DNA from: Fidelibacterota bacterium
Lineage (GTDB): Bacteria > Fidelibacterota > Marinisomatia > Marinisomatales > S15-B10
Direction: 5' to 3'
NCBI GenBank assembly: GCA_046861655.1
Contig: JBHIAI010000017.1
Coordinates: 1-22,180 of the forward strand
DNA length: 22,180 bases
Shown: positions 7,971 through 15,417 of the stretch, in pieces
Numbering within the stretch: position 1 is the stretch's first letter
Layout: each line of letters opens with the position of its first letter
Translations under genes and position numbers: made by a program
The notes under the pieces: generated by a model
Database searches by the model: none
Told to the model about the DNA's origin: nothing
The model's input: the letters and a program-made list of their open reading frames with translations, nothing else

Positions 7971-8747
7971 CTACCGGTTCTTCCACCGGGGGGGGCGCTT
8001 TTGAACGAAGGCGTCGATGCCTTCTCCGGCGTCGTGAGTGGACATAAGCTCTTCGAGATAGAATTTCTCCACGCTCTCCAGCTGGTTTCTCAAAACGCGG
8101 TTGAATTCCCATCGGGCAGCCTGGACTCCGTACCTCAACGAAGACGCACTCTTGGGGAGAATGTGTTCTCTGACCCATTTCTCCACCCCCGATTCCAGGG
8201 CCTTCCGGTCCTCAAACAGACGGGTTATGAGCCTCATGGAGGCCATCTCTTGAGCCGAAAATGTTTTCCCGGTCAAGATCACCTCATCGGCCCGGCTCTG
8301 CCCGATCTTCAGGGGAAGAATGAGGGAAGCCTGTGGGGGAAAAAGCCCGAGATTCATTTCGGGCTGTCCCAACCGGGCCGTCCCATCGGCAAACAAGAAA
8401 TTACACATCAAGGCCAGTTCCAGACCCCCTCCCAGACAGTTCCCGGACACCAGGGCCGCTGATGGAATGGCCAGATCCATAAGGGTAAGAAACAGCCCGT
8501 GAAATTGTTTCAGCATGGCCCCCGCCTGTTCACGCCTGTGCTCTGGAACACTGGCTCCGAAGCAGAAATGATCGCCGGCACCGGTCAATTGGACCAGCTT
8601 GATGTCCGGTTGGTCCCGGAGACCATTCAGGGCCCTTTGAAGCTCTTCCATCATAGGTCCATCAAGGATATTCCCCTTCGGGCGGTTCAGGATCAGGCGG
8701 ATCACCTGACCCTCGTTGAGAACTTTCTGGAGGATAGGGCCGGCCAT
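7971..8747 (-). CDS. dch: Cyclohexa-1,5-diene-1-carbonyl-CoA hydratase
   Basis: Crotonase family with RPKGNILD, HFCFGASVPEH, CLGGGLE, GQPE, SASSLR and YLEELMSTHDAGEG, resembling Thauera Dch. Next to oah and had. Confidence 0.9.
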   Translation of the reverse strand: MAGPILQKVLNEGQVIRLILNRPKGNILDGPMMEELQRALNGLRDQPDIKLVQLTGAGDHFCFGASVPEHRREQAGAMLKQFHGLFLTLMDLAIPSAALVSGNCLGGGLELALMCNFLFADGTARLGQPEMNLGLFPPQASLILPLKIGQSRADEVILTGKTFSAQEMASMRLITRLFEDRKALESGVEKWVREHILPKSASSLRYGVQAARWEFNRVLRNQLESVEKFYLEELMSTHDAGEGIDAFVQKRPPRWKNR

Positions 8748-8754
8748 TCGGATA

Positions 8755-9840
8755 TCACCGGGGCATGATGGCTTCGATCAATTCATCGTTCCAGGGGTGA
8801 CCTTCCGCGAGCATCCGGCGAAGTTTGGCGTAGTCCACCACCCGGTTGTCCTTGGGACCTTCGTGGAAGGCCCGGAATCCGGCCCTGGCTTCCGTCATCA
8901 TGTTCAGGGCCAGCCAGTCCCGGTTGGTCTGCTGGTTCCGGTCCCAGTGCTCCAGCTTCTTCTTTCTGAGACTGTTCAAAGTCTTGCTAAGACAGTCGGG
9001 CATGGTGGACAGCAGCTTGGTGCACATGACGTCAACAGCCCGGTCCAGGGGATCCAGATCGATGGTCCCTTCCGCCAGAGTCCTCTTTCCATCTTCCAGG
9101 GCACTCCCCGTTTTTCGTCTTCCGTAGACCAGCTCTCCCGAGTCGTCCAGCCACCGGTCCGTTATCACCAGGGGATTCCTCACAACCACGCCGTCTACGT
9201 TCAGGACCGGAACCGCCTGGGATATCAATCCGAAGGAGAGAGCCTCGTAGGCACTCCACAGCTCGCAGAGGGTACAGCTCTGCATGGCCCGCTCAATGCC
9301 CACATACAGGTGGAGAAAATCGGTGCTGCCGCCATCGGGGGCACTCCCGTGCTTCGGCCCGGCCTGACCGAAAACGGCCAGATCACTGGCCACGGAAAAG
9401 TCGCAGGCCATCCCCATTTCCTGTCCCCCGGCGATACGCAGGCCATTTACCCGGCAGATGACCGGTTTGTCGCAATGAAGGATGGAGGTGATCATGTCGT
9501 TGAACAGCCGCATGTACTGCTTGTACTCCAGGGGCCGGCCAGCGTAGTATTCGGCATATTCGGTGACGTTTCCGCCCGTGCAGAAGGCTTTGTCTCCCAC
9601 CGCAGACAGTACTACCGCCACCACAGAGCGATCCATGGAGGCCTGCCGGAAGCCCAGAATAATCTCTTTGACCGCCTGGGTTGTGTAGGAGTTATACTGC
9701 TTCGGGTTGTTCAGGAATATCCAGGCATTGTACAGACCTTCCACGGGCTCCCCGCTGGAATCCAGACAGGGACGAACCTCATACAGAATCTCCGAGAACT
9801 CCCTCTCCACCAGATTGTGGCTTACCAGATCATATTTCAT
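8755..9840 (-). CDS. oah: 6-oxocyclohex-1-ene-1-carbonyl-CoA hydrolase (Oah/BamA)
   Basis: NNPKQYNSYTT, AFCTGGN..EYAEYYAG, QYMRLFNDM, FGQAGPKHGSAPDGGSTDFL and WLALNMMTEA signatures. Confidence 0.95.
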   Translation of the reverse strand: MKYDLVSHNLVEREFSEILYEVRPCLDSSGEPVEGLYNAWIFLNNPKQYNSYTTQAVKEIILGFRQASMDRSVVAVVLSAVGDKAFCTGGNVTEYAEYYAGRPLEYKQYMRLFNDMITSILHCDKPVICRVNGLRIAGGQEMGMACDFSVASDLAVFGQAGPKHGSAPDGGSTDFLHLYVGIERAMQSCTLCELWSAYEALSFGLISQAVPVLNVDGVVVRNPLVITDRWLDDSGELVYGRRKTGSALEDGKRTLAEGTIDLDPLDRAVDVMCTKLLSTMPDCLSKTLNSLRKKKLEHWDRNQQTNRDWLALNMMTEARAGFRAFHEGPKDNRVVDYAKLRRMLAEGHPWNDELIEAIMPR

Positions 9841-9856
9841 GGGTATTGTACACTCC

Positions 9857-9962
9857 GTTATGCGTTATGGGTTATGCGTTCGACGTTTGATGTTCGACGT
9901 TCAGATCTCAACCTTAACCTCAACCTGCCTCCCGTCTCCTTTCTCCGGTCTCCGGTCTCCGT
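9857..9962 (+). repeat. Mosaic of short tandem repeats in the had-oah spacer
   Basis: 7 heptamers in one register (gttatgc gttatgg gttatgc gttcgac gtttgat gttcgac gttcaga, 9857-9905), 3 hexamers CTYAAC (9907-9924), 5 heptamers of TCTCCGG type (9928-9962). Confidence 0.88.
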
Positions 9963-9965
9963 TTT

Positions 9966-11039
9966 TCATACATCCGGCACCAGGACCGGTCTTTTCACGA
10001 TCCTCTCTCCAGGATCCTCGGGCGGCACCACCAGTCGCTGGAATACGGAATTGATCTCCGACAGGGGATACGACTCGGTAAACGGAGCTATGGTGACCTT
10101 CTCATCGGCCACCAGTTTCACAACATCCGGAAACAGTTCGGGCTTACAGCCCCAGGTACCTATTACTTCGGCGTCAAAGGCCATGAGGTTACTGAGCCGC
10201 ACCTCCACCTTGTCCAGGGTGAATCCTACGATGGAAAGGGTTCCGGCAGTGCCCAGGAGGGCAAACGCCAGTTCCTGCCCCTCGCCGGTACCGGACACTT
10301 CATAGATTTTCCAGCTGTGACTGGGAGCGCCTATCTCGCCAGCCAGGTCCTTAACCTTTTTCTTCACTTCTCTCACATCCAGGTCCCGGTTATTCACCGT
10401 GGCGGCTGTTCCAATCTCCCCAAGACGGTCCAGTCGCTCCTGGGAGATATCGATGGCCACCACCTTCGCCCCCAGTACCTGCGCCAGTTGGGCAGCATAG
10501 ATCCCCACTCCCCCCACTCCGATCACTACCGCAAGGTCCCCGGGCTGGAGGTCACTTTTTGCCATCACCTGGTAGGGCGTCGACACCGCATCGGAAATGA
10601 CGGCCAATTGGGCCAGGGAATGTTTGCCCAGAAGATCGTCCGGGACCGGGCACAGGAACCGGGCCGGGACCACCACGTGGGTGGCAAAACCCCCGTGGAA
10701 GTCGTTCCCGGGCATCACCTGATTCCGGCAGATGTTGCTTCTCCCCCTCCGGCACAGGTCGCATGTTCCGCAGGGGAGAACGGCCGGCACGATGACCGGT
10801 TTCCTGTTGAGGGAGGACTGTCCTTCCACCACCCTACCGCTGATTTCGTGCCCCAGGATGAGAGGGAGCTCGTGCCGGGTGGGGACACCGTAGTGCCAGA
10901 AACTCAAATCTGTATGACACACGCCACATCCGGCAACCTCCACCAGAACCTGGTCCTCCTTGAGTTCCGGAACAGGATACGAGACCTTTTCAAGGGGCCT
11001 GTCAGGAGCGATCATCTGATACCCTGTTATCCGGGTCAC
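9966..11039 (-). CDS. had: 6-hydroxycyclohex-1-ene-1-carbonyl-CoA dehydrogenase (Zn-dependent MDR)
   Basis: VAGCGVCHTDL, LGHEISG, PAVLPCGTCDLC...IC, MPGNDFHGGFA, RLSNLMAFDA..GTWGC. GTG start with GAGG upstream. Confidence 0.93.
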   Translation of the reverse strand: MTRITGYQMIAPDRPLEKVSYPVPELKEDQVLVEVAGCGVCHTDLSFWHYGVPTRHELPLILGHEISGRVVEGQSSLNRKPVIVPAVLPCGTCDLCRRGRSNICRNQVMPGNDFHGGFATHVVVPARFLCPVPDDLLGKHSLAQLAVISDAVSTPYQVMAKSDLQPGDLAVVIGVGGVGIYAAQLAQVLGAKVVAIDISQERLDRLGEIGTAATVNNRDLDVREVKKKVKDLAGEIGAPSHSWKIYEVSGTGEGQELAFALLGTAGTLSIVGFTLDKVEVRLSNLMAFDAEVIGTWGCKPELFPDVVKLVADEKVTIAPFTESYPLSEINSVFQRLVVPPEDPGERIVKRPVLVPDV

Positions 11040-11041
11040 GG

Positions 11042-12307
11042 TTATTCCTCGAGATTCGTGTTCTCCACCAGGATGGCAGTTCCCTGTCCTCCCCCCACGC
11101 AGGCCGAGGCGATCCCGTAGCGGTCTCCCCTCCTTTGTAACTCCAGGGCCAGGGTCAGGGTCAGACGTGTACCTGTGGCCGCCAGGGGATGACCGATGGC
11201 AATGGCACCCCCGTTCACATTCATCCGGTCGCGGTCGATTCCCAGTTCCCTCTCCACGGCGATAATCTGGCTGGCGAAGGCTTCGTTGATCTCGAACAGA
11301 TCGATCCTGTCCAGAGACAGTCCCGACACGTCCAGCAGTTTCCGTATGGCAGGAACGGGACCGATGCCCATGAACCGGGGGTCCACCCCTGTGGATGCCG
11401 ACGCCATCACCCGGGCCAAAGGGGTGACCTTTTTCGTTTTCACAAAATCCTTCGAGACAACCACCACCGCCGCTGCCCCATCCACAATACCGCTGGAATT
11501 CCCCGCGGTTTGAACCCCGTCCGGATCGAAAACAGGGGGCAGTTGAGCCAGCTGTTCCAGATCGGTTTTCCGGATGCTTTCATCCTTGTCCAGCTGGCCC
11601 CCCGACGGGTTGGTCTGGTAGGGCCTGGGTCGAAAGCCCTCCATTTCCAGGACTCCCGACGCCACGGTCACCATCTCTTCCGACAGCACCCCGTTTCCGC
11701 TGGCCGCCGTGGCCAGGGTGTGGGACCGGAGGGCATAGGCGTCGGCCTCCTCCCGGGTGATCCCGTGCTTGCGGGCCAGATTCTCCGCCGTCTGTCCCAT
11801 GGACAGTTCCACTGCCGGATCCTTCAACCCCTCCCACAACATATCTCCAAACTGGAGCTGCCCCAGCCTGTATCCCAACCGGTTTCCGAAGGACGAGGTA
11901 GGGGCCCGGGTCATGTTCTCGCTTCCTCCCGCCAGTCCGGCCCTTCCCTTCCCCAGGACTATCTGTTCCGCCGCTGAAACGATGGCTTCGAATCCCGAGC
12001 CGCAGATGCGTTGCACCATCATGGCGGGAACGGACGGGGGAATACCACAGTAAAGTCCTACGTGCCGCGGCAGGTAGATGGCGTCGAATCCCGCCTGGAT
12101 GATATTGGCGAAGACAACGTGATCGATGTCTTCCGGATGGATTCGACACCGCCTGATCGCCTCCCGACCGACAACGATGCCTAGATCTGTGGGAGAGACA
12201 GTCCCCAGGGTGCCGCAGAACTTGCCAAAGGGGGTGCGGACCCCTCCCAACAGATAGACGTCGTCGTAGCAGGCGGCAGACCCGTAGTGAGTAGGAGAAT
12301 CAGGCAT
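11042..12307 (-). CDS. Thiolase (acetyl-CoA C-acyltransferase)
   Basis: RTPFG, QRICGSG, NEAFA, GHPLAATG and SACVGGGQG catalytic motifs. Start set at ATG 12307, overlapping the activase stop by 8 nt. Confidence 0.93.
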   Translation of the reverse strand: MPDSPTHYGSAACYDDVYLLGGVRTPFGKFCGTLGTVSPTDLGIVVGREAIRRCRIHPEDIDHVVFANIIQAGFDAIYLPRHVGLYCGIPPSVPAMMVQRICGSGFEAIVSAAEQIVLGKGRAGLAGGSENMTRAPTSSFGNRLGYRLGQLQFGDMLWEGLKDPAVELSMGQTAENLARKHGITREEADAYALRSHTLATAASGNGVLSEEMVTVASGVLEMEGFRPRPYQTNPSGGQLDKDESIRKTDLEQLAQLPPVFDPDGVQTAGNSSGIVDGAAAVVVVSKDFVKTKKVTPLARVMASASTGVDPRFMGIGPVPAIRKLLDVSGLSLDRIDLFEINEAFASQIIAVERELGIDRDRMNVNGGAIAIGHPLAATGTRLTLTLALELQRRGDRYGIASACVGGGQGTAILVENTNLEE

Positions 12308-13070
12308 CGCGGGCCAGAATGGCCGCCCCCTGGGCCACCGCGTACAGGGGATTGGAAAAGACGGTGACATCCACGCCCAGATTCTCTGCCAGCAAATCTC
12401 CTATGTAGCCGTGGAAGGCGATGACCCCTCCACACAGAAACACGGGAAGATCCGTGCGAACGGGCAGCTTGCATATGCGGTTCACGATGGACAGGTAAAT
12501 GCCCCGGGCCATATCTTCAATGGGAACACCGTCAAATTTCCACCCCAGGATTTCTGTTTTGGCAAACACGGTGCAAAAACTGTTGATCACTCTGTCAGAA
12601 GACGATTTCCGGGCCAGATCACTCATTTCCTCAGGTTCCATTTCCGCCTTTTCCGCAATCTCCGTGATGAAGGCACCTGTGCCTGCGGAACACTTGTCGT
12701 TCATGTAAAAGCTTTCCACCTCGCCCCGGGGACCGCTCCGGATTATCTTGATGTCTTCCCCGCCGATATCGATGATGGTTTTCGGGAAGGGATGCCCGTC
12801 TGAGACACCCGCGGACGCGCAGATCAATTCTGTTTTCTTAAGAGCACTGTCCAGGGTATCCCGTCCGTATCCCGTGCTGCAGGTGCCGGCAATACCGAAG
12901 TGATCCTGAATGTCGTCCAGAACTTCCTGAAAGGTCTCCCGCCGGCGGGTCAAGGTGGGAATCACCTTCCGGTAGCAGGCCTCTCCTTTTGAATCCACCA
13001 CCACAAACTTGGTGTACAAAGAACCGAGATCGACACCGAGATAATGACCGTTTTCCCGGCTTTCCATCAT
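12300..13070 (-). CDS. 2-hydroxyacyl-CoA dehydratase activase (HgdC/FldI/HadI-type ASKHA ATPase)
   Basis: GVDLGSLYTK, STGYGR, IDIGGEDIK, MNDKCSAGTG and INSFCTVFA (two [4Fe-4S] Cys), CGG. Single 256-aa module. Confidence 0.92.
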   Translation of the reverse strand: MMESRENGHYLGVDLGSLYTKFVVVDSKGEACYRKVIPTLTRRRETFQEVLDDIQDHFGIAGTCSTGYGRDTLDSALKKTELICASAGVSDGHPFPKTIIDIGGEDIKIIRSGPRGEVESFYMNDKCSAGTGAFITEIAEKAEMEPEEMSDLARKSSSDRVINSFCTVFAKTEILGWKFDGVPIEDMARGIYLSIVNRICKLPVRTDLPVFLCGGVIAFHGYIGDLLAENLGVDVTVFSNPLYAVAQGAAILARDA

Positions 13071-13073
13071 CCC

Positions 13074-14018
13074 TTAGGGGTGGGTTATCCGTTTCTCCAC
13101 CAGCCGGATTAATGCCGCAAGGGTACCGTTGGTGGGTGTGGCAACGCCGTGCCTTTTGCCATACTCCACGATTTTCCCGTTCAGATGATCAATCTCGGTG
13201 GGGAGACCCTTTTCCACATCTACAAGCATGGAAGGCCGGTGCCGGCCTCCCTTTTTCATGTAGTCGAGAGCCTGATCCCGGAATCCCTCTGGCAGGTGGA
13301 TACCTTCCTTTCCCGCCACCTCAATACCCTCATCCAGGATGGCGGTCACCGTTTCCACTCCGAAGGCCGTTTCCATGACATCCTCCATAGTCAGTCCAGT
13401 CAGAGCCGACACGGGACACAGGGCTGCGTTCATGATGGCCTTGGTCCACACATGAACCCGGATGTCCCCGGGGATTTGGGTTTTCAGTCCAACGGAATTG
13501 AGCAGGCCCACCAGTCTTTGGGCCAGCAACTCCCCGTGGTCCGACAGGGGAGCCAGGTAATTGGGAGGGTTAAAGAATGTCACGTCCACTGTGTTCAAGT
13601 CTTCCATGCTGCCCGCATAATTGATCACCATCCTCAGGGTGCGGTCTCTCCCGAACACCCTTGCCACCTCTTCTTCATTGTCGATGCCGTTCTGGGCGCT
13701 CATGACAAACAGCGAGGGGGACGCCACCGGCAATAACTCCTTAAGAACCCGTTTCAGGTAAGGGGTCTTTACCGAGATGGAAACCAGGTCCAGATCGTGC
13801 CCTCCCAGTTCGGTGACGGAATAGCACGTTTTGGCCACTTTCACCTGTTTCTCGATGGCATTTACCAGGCGAATCCCCGAATCCCGTATCCGGTCTGTTT
13901 TCTCCCGTACGACGTCGCAGGCCACCACCCAGGCTCCAGCGTCCGCGAAATGAGCGGCCAGAATACTCCCCACGGGACCCATCCCGACTACACCGATCTT
14001 TAACGATGCATTGTTCAT
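13074..14018 (-). CDS. Ketopantoate reductase (PanE/ApbA) family 2-oxoacid reductase
   Basis: GMGPVG Rossmann motif, ISVK, AQNGID, WTKAIMN, RPSMLVDVEKG.PTEIDHLNG and PTN motifs. Asp at the end of beta-2 (VACD). Confidence 0.88.
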   Translation of the reverse strand: MNNASLKIGVVGMGPVGSILAAHFADAGAWVVACDVVREKTDRIRDSGIRLVNAIEKQVKVAKTCYSVTELGGHDLDLVSISVKTPYLKRVLKELLPVASPSLFVMSAQNGIDNEEEVARVFGRDRTLRMVINYAGSMEDLNTVDVTFFNPPNYLAPLSDHGELLAQRLVGLLNSVGLKTQIPGDIRVHVWTKAIMNAALCPVSALTGLTMEDVMETAFGVETVTAILDEGIEVAGKEGIHLPEGFRDQALDYMKKGGRHRPSMLVDVEKGLPTEIDHLNGKIVEYGKRHGVATPTNGTLAALIRLVEKRITHP

Positions 14019-14021
14019 GAT

Positions 14022-14168
14022 TTAACCACAGAGCCACAGAACATGATCCATGCAAAATGCAAAGTCCAGAGTGCAAAACCCAAAATCGGACGTGGCATCC
14101 GGTGAGTAAGCCGCTGAGAGGGGTCCGCGATGGATAACTTTTTCACTTTTACATTTTTCAATTTTCAT
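14022..14168 (-). CDS. Putative 48-aa bridging mini-ORF / remnant of an inserted element
   Basis: MKIEKCKSEKVIHRGPLSAAYSPDATSDFGFCTLDFAFCMDHVLWLCG*. ATGA overlap with the upstream stop, and TAA-ATC-ATG junction to the PanE-like gene. Confidence 0.3.
   Translation of the reverse strand: MKIEKCKSEKVIHRGPLSAAYSPDATSDFGFCTLDFAFCMDHVLWLCG
14026..14167. repeat. Imperfect inverted heptamer arrays plus octamer doublet
   Basis: ccacagag ccacagaa (14026-14041). tgcaaaa tgcaaag tccagag tgcaaaa cccaaaa (14051-14085). Opposite-sense tttttca cttttaca tttttca attttca (14139-14167). Confidence 0.7.
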
Positions 14169-15361
14169 TCTGCCTTGAGTTGTTCGATAAAGGTTTCCAG
14201 CTTGGTCCGGTTCTGCCCATCGGAGAAAAACCGGAGGTCGTTGAGGTCCCCGTCAATCACCAGGGTGTCGACCCCTGTCTCCTCCTGAAGCCGCCCCGGG
14301 AGACCGAACCGGCTATTGGTGTTGTTGAAACAGGTCTTCGAATCATGGAAGACGACTCCGTCCACGCCGTAATCCTCTACCATCTGTTTCATCACAGACA
14401 GTTTGGTGTTCTCACCCCGGTTGATGAAAATCTGGGTGAAGGCATAGGCCATGGATTCCACGGGTTTGTCAGGGTCAAAGTCCTCAAAAATCCAGCTGTT
14501 ACAGTAGGTGGACGCCACCACCGCAGCCCCGTTCTGGGCAAAGATTTCCGACAGGAACCTGAGTCTTCCCCACACGGGCATGCCGTCCCAGTAGATGCGC
14601 ACCCGTTCGTCTTGTACGGCCGGAATGCCGTCTTTTGTCCGGCGGTTCAATTCGTCCAGGAGATTTCTGTAGAAGTCCACGCACACCCGGGTTCCCCGGA
14701 GCACCACAATGGGAGCCATCAGGATGGTCCCGTCAAAAAAGGTGAGGGGAGCTGGAGAATTCTGAGCCGTTTCAAGCACTCTGGCCCACAGCGTCGAGGC
14801 CTCATGACCCAGGCGCACGGTTTCCACCAGTCGGTCCGGATCCAGGGGATGCCCCACCACCTCCTCCCCCGCCAGAATCAATTCTTCCAGCTGGGCCACA
14901 ACGTGATCAATATCGGCCTGGCTTATCTCTTCCAGGTACCGGGGAGGGAATACCCCCGCCACAGGGCAGTCAAATTCCCGGCCGAAATAGTTGAACCATT
15001 CCGCCACTTCCCGGCACTGGTTGGTATTGTAGACGATAAGGTCGGGATGAGGAATCGATGGGAGTCCGTACGCCACGGTCAGGGGCGTTTCCCTGAGAAG
15101 CCACGCTCCGATGTCGCTGGTAAGGTAGGAACAGATCTCGCTGTCGTATCCGGCCTGATGGGCTCTGGGAATGGTTCGCTCGGTAAGACGCTTGGCCCCC
15201 AGGATAGCGCCATGATTCTCGGGGAAATAGACATTGAATCCCAGGGCACGGAGGATCTCCGCCGGTCCGGCACTGCTGCACCAGGCCACGGGGGAGGTCA
15301 GATGGGTATAGTAGTCCTGCAGAAGACCGTTCAGCAGGGTCTGGGATTTCAATCGGGGCAT
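14165..15361 (-). CDS. 2-hydroxyacyl-CoA dehydratase family alpha-type subunit (HadB/FldB-like)
   Basis: VAWCSS...FPENHG, three Cys (EICSY, TNQC, SKTC), RIYWDGMPVW, DGVVFH and IDGDLND motifs. 398 aa. Confidence 0.88.
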   Translation of the reverse strand: MPRLKSQTLLNGLLQDYYTHLTSPVAWCSSAGPAEILRALGFNVYFPENHGAILGAKRLTERTIPRAHQAGYDSEICSYLTSDIGAWLLRETPLTVAYGLPSIPHPDLIVYNTNQCREVAEWFNYFGREFDCPVAGVFPPRYLEEISQADIDHVVAQLEELILAGEEVVGHPLDPDRLVETVRLGHEASTLWARVLETAQNSPAPLTFFDGTILMAPIVVLRGTRVCVDFYRNLLDELNRRTKDGIPAVQDERVRIYWDGMPVWGRLRFLSEIFAQNGAAVVASTYCNSWIFEDFDPDKPVESMAYAFTQIFINRGENTKLSVMKQMVEDYGVDGVVFHDSKTCFNNTNSRFGLPGRLQEETGVDTLVIDGDLNDLRFFSDGQNRTKLETFIEQLKAE

Positions 15362-15417
15362 ATCTTAGCAGTACAGGATTCGAACAGAATCGAATTTAGA
15401 AGCCAAATCCTGCCCTC

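Noticed and set aside
7966..8178. Arg-rich N-terminal extension of the HAD/ECH ORF
   Set aside because: It is an alternate frame of the dch 3' end. The Rossmann motif starts right after ATG 7965.
13074..14018. Assigning the symbol panE (pantothenate biosynthesis)
   Set aside because: The family is clear, but there are no panB/panC neighbours and the context suggests another 2-oxoacid substrate.
14139..14167. Intrinsic terminator (T-rich run)
   Set aside because: The T-runs are on the plus strand, so the mRNA is A-rich here, and they follow the heptamer register. There is no strong adjacent GC stem.
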